Below are positions 37,269 to 41,892 of a DNA stretch of 41,892 nt, in pieces. Source of the stretch: Burkholderiales bacterium (lineage in GTDB: Bacteria; Pseudomonadota; Gammaproteobacteria; Burkholderiales; JAEUMW01). The translations under genes were made by a program, and so were the position numbers. The stretch is taken from positions 1 through 41,892 of the forward strand of contig JBEVOI010000118.1 in NCBI GenBank assembly GCA_040507665.1, in the 5' to 3' direction. A model generated the notes under the pieces. That model did not search any database and was not told where the DNA came from. It worked only from the letters and a program-made list of their open reading frames with translations. Every line of letters begins with the position of its first letter. Position 1 is the first letter of the stretch.

Positions 37269-37466
37269 CTTTCTGTGCCGCAACGGTCCGTCCACCAGCT
37301 CCCAAGCGATCCCATGCAAGCTCTGCGCATTGCGCACACAGCCCGGCTCCGCCCGTTTCGGCCTGGAATCTCTGCTCCTCTCGGAACGGACCGGGCCCCG
37401 AACGCGCTGCTCCACGCGCGTGTTGAACCGCAGTCGCGAACGACTCCGGCGAACCCCTGAGCCGCC

Positions 37467-38630
37467 ATGTTTCTGATGCCCCTCTTCAAGCTCATGCAGG
37501 AGAAGCAGGCGTCGGACCTTTTTTTCACCGCAGGCGCGCCGATCCAGATCAAGATCAACGGATCGGCCATGCCTGTGAACGCGCAACTGCTCGACGGCTC
37601 GGCGGTCAAGAAGATCGCCTATGAAATGATGGCGGAGGAGCAGATCCGGGATTTCGAGGACGCCCTCGAGATGAATTTTTCCTATCGCGTGCCCGATATC
37701 GGGAACTTCCGGATCAATGTGTTCAAGCAGCGTGGCGCGGTGGCCATGGTGATCCGCTACGTGCGCGCCGAAGTGCCCCACGTCGACGACCTAAGGCTTC
37801 CTGCCGTGCTCAAGGAACTCATCATGGAAAAGCGTGGGCTGATCCTCGTGGTGGGCGCGACCGGATCCGGAAAATCGACCACCCTCGCGTCGATGCTCGA
37901 GCATCGGAACCGAAGCAAGACCGGCCATATCCTCACCATCGAGGACCCGGTAGAGTTCATCTTCAGCCACAAGAAGAGCATCGTGAACCAGCGCGAGGTG
38001 GGCATCGACACCAAGTCGTTCGAGAACGCGCTCATCAACGCCATGCGGGAAGCGCCGGACGTCCTGATGATCGGCGAGATCCGCGACCGTCAGACCCTCG
38101 AGAATGCACTCGTCTTCGCCCAGACCGGCCATCTCTGCCTGGCGACGCTGCATGCGAACAACAGCTACAACGCGTTGAACCGCATCATCAACTTCTTTCC
38201 TCGAGATCTGCGGGACAGCCTTCTGATGGATCTGTCGATCAGCCTGCGCTGCGTCGTTTCGCAGCGGTTGGTAAAGAGTCGCGAGGGCAAGGTCATCCCG
38301 GCAGTGGAGGTGCTGCTCAATACCCGCCACATCGCCGAACTGGTTCGCAACGGAGAGATCGACCAGATCAAGGAGGCCATGGAGAAGAGCCTGTCGCCCG
38401 GCTCTCAGACCTTCGAGCAGGCGCTCCTCAAGCTCCACCTCGGCGGTATCGTGAGCCTGGAAGAGGCGCTTGCAAACTCCGACTCGCCGACCAACCTGTC
38501 CTGGCTCATCAACAACGCCAAGGGCCAGGCTGCCGCAGACGCGAAGGCGACCTCGGATAACGTCTCCCCCGAGCGGCGCATATCCGCCGCCGACCTGAGC
38601 GAGTTCCAGTTCAATCTCGACGTCGTCTAG
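37467..38630 (+). CDS. PilT/PilU-family type IV pilus retraction-type ATPase (PilU-like)
   Basis: 387 aa. N-terminus LMQEKQASDLFFTAGAPIQIKINGSAMPV (PilU-like), Walker A GATGSGKSTT, Asp box ILTIEDPVEF, Walker B VLMIGEIRD and His box GHLCLATLHANN. No other pilus genes are in the window. Confidence 0.88.
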   Translation: MFLMPLFKLMQEKQASDLFFTAGAPIQIKINGSAMPVNAQLLDGSAVKKIAYEMMAEEQIRDFEDALEMNFSYRVPDIGNFRINVFKQRGAVAMVIRYVRAEVPHVDDLRLPAVLKELIMEKRGLILVVGATGSGKSTTLASMLEHRNRSKTGHILTIEDPVEFIFSHKKSIVNQREVGIDTKSFENALINAMREAPDVLMIGEIRDRQTLENALVFAQTGHLCLATLHANNSYNALNRIINFFPRDLRDSLLMDLSISLRCVVSQRLVKSREGKVIPAVEVLLNTRHIAELVRNGEIDQIKEAMEKSLSPGSQTFEQALLKLHLGGIVSLEEALANSDSPTNLSWLINNAKGQAAADAKATSDNVSPERRISAADLSEFQFNLDVV

Positions 38631-38693
38631 GCGCGCCCCGTGCCAGACCACGCCGGCGCCGCTCCCTCAGTAGCAACGCGATTCCGGTAAACT

Positions 38694-38719
38694 AGCGGCC
38701 TCGATTTTACCCGGCCGCT
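38694..38719 (+). promoter_or_regulatory. Hairpin AGCGGCC-12 nt-GGCCGCT ending 2 nt before the dapE ATG
   Basis: Perfect 7-bp stem whose 3' arm occupies the position where a Shine-Dalgarno sequence would be expected. No SD is recognisable. Confidence 0.3.
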
Positions 38720-38721
38720 CA

Positions 38722-39861
38722 ATGAACACCCCTACGCTCGACCTCGCACGCGCGCTGGTTGCCCGCCCCTCGGTCACCCCCAAGGACGAAGGCTGCCAAG
38801 ATCTTATCGCGGCGCGTCTCAAGAGCCTTGGATTCAAGTTGGAGCCGATGCGTTTCGGTAACGTGCAGAACCTCTGGGCGCGGCGTGGCCAAACTGCCCC
38901 CCTGGTCGTCTTCGCAGGCCACACTGACGTCGTTCCGACCGGCCCGCTTGATAGATGGATGAACGACCCGTTCTCGCCTACGATCCGAGAAGGAAATCTC
39001 TTCGGTCGCGGCGCCGCGGACATGAAGACTTCGATCGCTGCGTTCACTACCGCTGTGGAAGCATATCTCGAAGACCATCCGAATCACCTCGGATCCATCG
39101 CGTTCCTGCTGACATCGGACGAGGAGGGACCCGCGGTCGACGGCACCGTGAGGGTGGTTGAAGCTTTACGTGCCCGAGGCGAACGGCTCGATTACTGTAT
39201 CGTGGGCGAACCTACGTCCGCCGAGCGCTTTGGCGACACGATCAAGAACGGCCGCCGTGGATCGCTGTCCGGGCATCTTGTCGTGCGCGGCATTCAGGGA
39301 CATGTGGCCTACCCGCAGTTTGCACGCAATCCGGTGCACCAGGCTGCACCTGCAATCGCGGAGCTGGCCGCGACGGAGTGGGACAAGGGCAACGCGTTCT
39401 TTCCGCCGACGACCTGGCAGATTTCCAATGTCCACGCCGGAACCGGCGCCAACAACGTGATTCCGGGCGCGTTCGATCTCGAGTTCAATTTCCGATTCTC
39501 TACCGCGAGTACGGTCCACGGCCTGAAATCCCGCTTGCAGGCGATCCTCGACCGCCACGGCCTCGAATATGCTGTCGAGTGGGTAATCGGTGCGGAGCCC
39601 TATCTCACGCGCCCCGGAAGGCTGGTGGAAGCGGTATCCACCGCCATCGAGCGAGTCACCGGGATCCGCCCCACCCTGTCCACTACCGGGGGCACGTCAG
39701 ACGGCCGCTTCCTCGCAACATGGAGCTCCGAGGTGATCGAGGTCGGCCCTCTGAACGCCACCATTCACAAGTTGAACGAATGCGTGCCGCTCACGGACAT
39801 CGAGGGGCTGCATCGAACTTACTACGAGACACTCGCGATCCTGCTCGCCGAAAAGAACTGA
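38722..39861 (+). CDS. dapE: Succinyl-diaminopimelate desuccinylase (M20 peptidase)
   Basis: Contains [22 protein letters not shown] and GTSDGRF. 379 aa. Confidence 0.94.
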   Translation: MNTPTLDLARALVARPSVTPKDEGCQDLIAARLKSLGFKLEPMRFGNVQNLWARRGQTAPLVVFAGHTDVVPTGPLDRWMNDPFSPTIREGNLFGRGAADMKTSIAAFTTAVEAYLEDHPNHLGSIAFLLTSDEEGPAVDGTVRVVEALRARGERLDYCIVGEPTSAERFGDTIKNGRRGSLSGHLVVRGIQGHVAYPQFARNPVHQAAPAIAELAATEWDKGNAFFPPTTWQISNVHAGTGANNVIPGAFDLEFNFRFSTASTVHGLKSRLQAILDRHGLEYAVEWVIGAEPYLTRPGRLVEAVSTAIERVTGIRPTLSTTGGTSDGRFLATWSSEVIEVGPLNATIHKLNECVPLTDIEGLHRTYYETLAILLAEKN

Positions 39862-39874
39862 TCGCGCGGTAACC

Positions 39875-40774
39875 ATGTATCTGCAGGCGCGTACCGAACT
39901 TCGAACGCTCCGCGACGTGCTGCGCTTCGCGGTGAGCCGTTTCAACGAGGCTGCCCTCGCTTTCGGACAGGGCACTGACAACGCGTTCGACGAAGCGGCC
40001 TATCTGATCCTGCACGCGCTGCACCTGCCGCTCGACCGTCTCGACCCCTTCCTGGATGCGCAACTCACCCGCAGCGAGCTGGGACGCGTGCTCGACCTGG
40101 TCGAACGGCGCGTCGTGGAGCGCCGCCCCGCCGCCTATCTCACCCGCGAAGCCTGGCTCGGAGAAATGCGTTTCTATGTCGACGACCGGGTTATCGTACC
40201 GCGATCCTTCATCGCCGATCTGATCCGCAATCGTCTTGCCCCGTGGCTTGCCGACGACACCCAAGTGTCCCGAGCCCTCGATTTATGCACCGGTTGCGGG
40301 TGCCTGGCCGTGATGCTCGCCTTGGAATTCCCGGAGGCCCAGGTTGACGCCGCGGACGCCTCGGAGGGAGCGCTCGCGGTTGCTCAGCGAAACGTGCACG
40401 AGTACGGACTGGAGCATCGCATGGAGATCGTGCACTCGGACACCTTCTCCGCGCTTCACGGACGGCAGTACGATCTGATAGTGGCAAACCCGCCCTACGT
40501 GACGGACGCCGCGATGGCCGCGCTCCCTCTCGAGTATCGGCACGAGCCGGAGATCGCGCTGGCCGGAGGAGCTGACGGAATGAACGTGGTGCGGCGAATC
40601 GTGAACGAGGCAGCGGAGCACCTCACCGAGCATGGCCTGCTCGTGGTGGAGGTCGGCCACAATCGTGCGTCGGTGGAGGCAGCTTTCCCCGACCTCTCGC
40701 TCACCTGGCCCGCGACGAGCGGCGGCGAGGGCCGAGTGTTCCTGGCCTCGCGGGCCGAACTGCCTGGCGTCTGA
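39875..40774 (+). CDS. prmB: 50S ribosomal protein L3 glutamine N5-methyltransferase
   Basis: SAM-binding motif LDLCTGCGCLAV and catalytic IVANPPYV. The N-terminal domain is typical of the PrmB/PrmC family. Confidence 0.9.
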   Translation: MYLQARTELRTLRDVLRFAVSRFNEAALAFGQGTDNAFDEAAYLILHALHLPLDRLDPFLDAQLTRSELGRVLDLVERRVVERRPAAYLTREAWLGEMRFYVDDRVIVPRSFIADLIRNRLAPWLADDTQVSRALDLCTGCGCLAVMLALEFPEAQVDAADASEGALAVAQRNVHEYGLEHRMEIVHSDTFSALHGRQYDLIVANPPYVTDAAMAALPLEYRHEPEIALAGGADGMNVVRRIVNEAAEHLTEHGLLVVEVGHNRASVEAAFPDLSLTWPATSGGEGRVFLASRAELPGV

Positions 40775-41633
40775 TCGCTGCGGAGGGCGCTTCGCCGATT
40801 GCGCGCAGCAGCGCGTTGACTTGGTCCGGCCCGAGCTCCCGCGACTGCCCGCGCCGCAGCCGCGGAGGCAGCACCACGGGACCGAAGCGCACGCGGATCA
40901 GGCGGCTCACGGGGTGGCCTACGGCCTCGAAGAGCCGCCGCACGATGCGGTTGCGCCCCTCGCGCAGCACCACCCGATACCACCGGTTCGCGCCCTCGCC
41001 GCCCGCCGTAACGAGCGCCTCGACGCGGGCCGGGCCATCGTCCAGCTCGACCCCGCCCTTCAGGCGCGCCTGCTCCTCTGCCGTCAGTTCGCCCCGGGTG
41101 CGCACGGCGTATTCCCGGTCGAGCTCGAAGCGCGGATGGGCAAAACGATTCGCGAGCTCGCCTGAGGTCGTGAAGAGCAGCAGCCCGCTCGTGTTGAAAT
41201 CGAGCCGGCCGATGTTGAGCCAGCGTGCGCCCGAGAGCCGCGGCAGCTTGTCAAAAACGGAAGGGCGTCCTTCGGGGTCGTCGTGACTGACAATTTCCCC
41301 TTCGGGCTTGTGATACACCAGCATCCGCGGAAGTTCGCTCTGTTGACGGCGGATTTCCCGGCCATCGAGGAAAACCCGATCGCGCGGTTCAACGCGCATG
41401 CCGAGCGTCGCCATCGCACCGTTTACGGTAATGCGGCCGGCGCGGATGAAGTCTTCCATGTCGCGCCGTGATCCCAATCCCACTGACGCCAACACCTTCT
41501 GCAGGCGATCGGACTGCCCAGGGCGCGGGCCACCGGGAATCGCCCCAGTCGGCCCGGCAGCGCGAACTCGCCGTCGGGGCGCCGCCAGGTCGCGCCCGGC
41601 GGGACGCCCCCGTGCCCGGCGCTGCTCGATCAT
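40701..41633 (-). CDS. rluB: RluB-type rRNA pseudouridine synthase (RsuA/RluB/E/F family) with Arg-rich N- and C-terminal tails
   Basis: S4 domain ([30 protein letters not shown]) and catalytic motif [14 protein letters not shown]. The start forms an ATGA overlap with the recR stop. The 3' end overlaps prmB convergently. Confidence 0.85.
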   Translation of the reverse strand: MIEQRRARGRPAGRDLAAPRRRVRAAGPTGAIPGGPRPGQSDRLQKVLASVGLGSRRDMEDFIRAGRITVNGAMATLGMRVEPRDRVFLDGREIRRQQSELPRMLVYHKPEGEIVSHDDPEGRPSVFDKLPRLSGARWLNIGRLDFNTSGLLLFTTSGELANRFAHPRFELDREYAVRTRGELTAEEQARLKGGVELDDGPARVEALVTAGGEGANRWYRVVLREGRNRIVRRLFEAVGHPVSRLIRVRFGPVVLPPRLRRGQSRELGPDQVNALLRAIGEAPSAAIRRQAVRPARPGTLGPRRRSSRAR

Positions 41634-41892
41634 GCGGCGGGCCGCCGGTCAAACACGGCACGAGCGAGGGTGCCGCTGTCGACGTGCTCCAGCTCGCCAC
41701 CCGACGGCAGGCCGCGCGCGATGCGCGTGACCGTCAGATCCCGGGCACGGAGCATCTCTGCGATGAAATGGGCCGTGGCCTCGCCCTCAAGGGTGAAATT
41801 GGTCGCGAGGATCACCTCCTTTACTACACCGTCCTGCGCCCGCCTCAGGAGCTGGTCGAGGTGGAGATCCTTGGGCCCGATGCCGTCGAGCG
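41630..41892 (-). CDS. recR: Recombination protein RecR, C-terminal part (5' end beyond the right window edge)
   Basis: The reading frame continues to the window edge: ...[47 protein letters not shown]...[11 protein letters not shown]. This is the Toprim domain and C-terminus of RecR. Confidence 0.9.
   Translation of the reverse strand, partial: LDGIGPKDLHLDQLLRRAQDGVVKEVILATNFTLEGEATAHFIAEMLRARDLTVTRIARGLPSGGELEHVDSGTLARAVFDRRPAA

Noticed and set aside
37239-37460. 73-aa plus-strand ORF filling the dapD / PilU-like spacer
   Set aside because: Its ATG lies upstream of the putative promoter and it has no SD. The sequence is Arg/Pro/Ala/His-rich with no hydrophobic core or motif. The region is more plausibly a non-coding leader.

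Overview
This GC-rich window looks like core chromosome of a Proteobacterium. The gene order (smc-zipA-ligA, dapD...dapE-prmB, rpsB|map-glnD) suggests a Betaproteobacterium, but I cannot confirm this without a search. I support 38 protein genes, two of them cut by the window edges. I saw no tRNA or rRNA genes, CRISPR arrays, transposases or integrases. The centre is the classic minus-strand cluster rpsB-tsf-pyrH-frr-uppS-cdsA-dxr-rseP-bamA-skp-lpxD-fabZ-lpxA-lpxB-rnhB. It is flanked by pyrG, ppsA/ppsR and a TrmH-family methyltransferase on the left. On the right are map-glnD, def, an MTA/MTI phosphorylase, HGPRT, galU-ligA-zipA-smc, queF, dapD, a PilU-like ATPase, dapE, prmB, rluB and recR. 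Many track ORFs are N-terminally over-extended, and I re-called their starts from conserved N-termini and stop/start junctions. I found no convincing wholly novel multi-gene system. The only accessory-looking segment is 5286-8057: a divergent EgtB-like enzyme and GT-B glycosyltransferase pair plus a small 4-TM His-containing membrane protein. The pair looks like SenA/SenB of the selenoneine pathway, but no SelD/SenC or EgtD lies nearby. The other items worth a second look are a near-perfect sigma54 -24/-12 element with a roughly 190-nt leader upstream of the orphan PilU-like ATPase that sits between dapD and dapE, a near-consensus promoter with a roughly 210-nt structured leader for rpsB, and several unusual gene overlaps.
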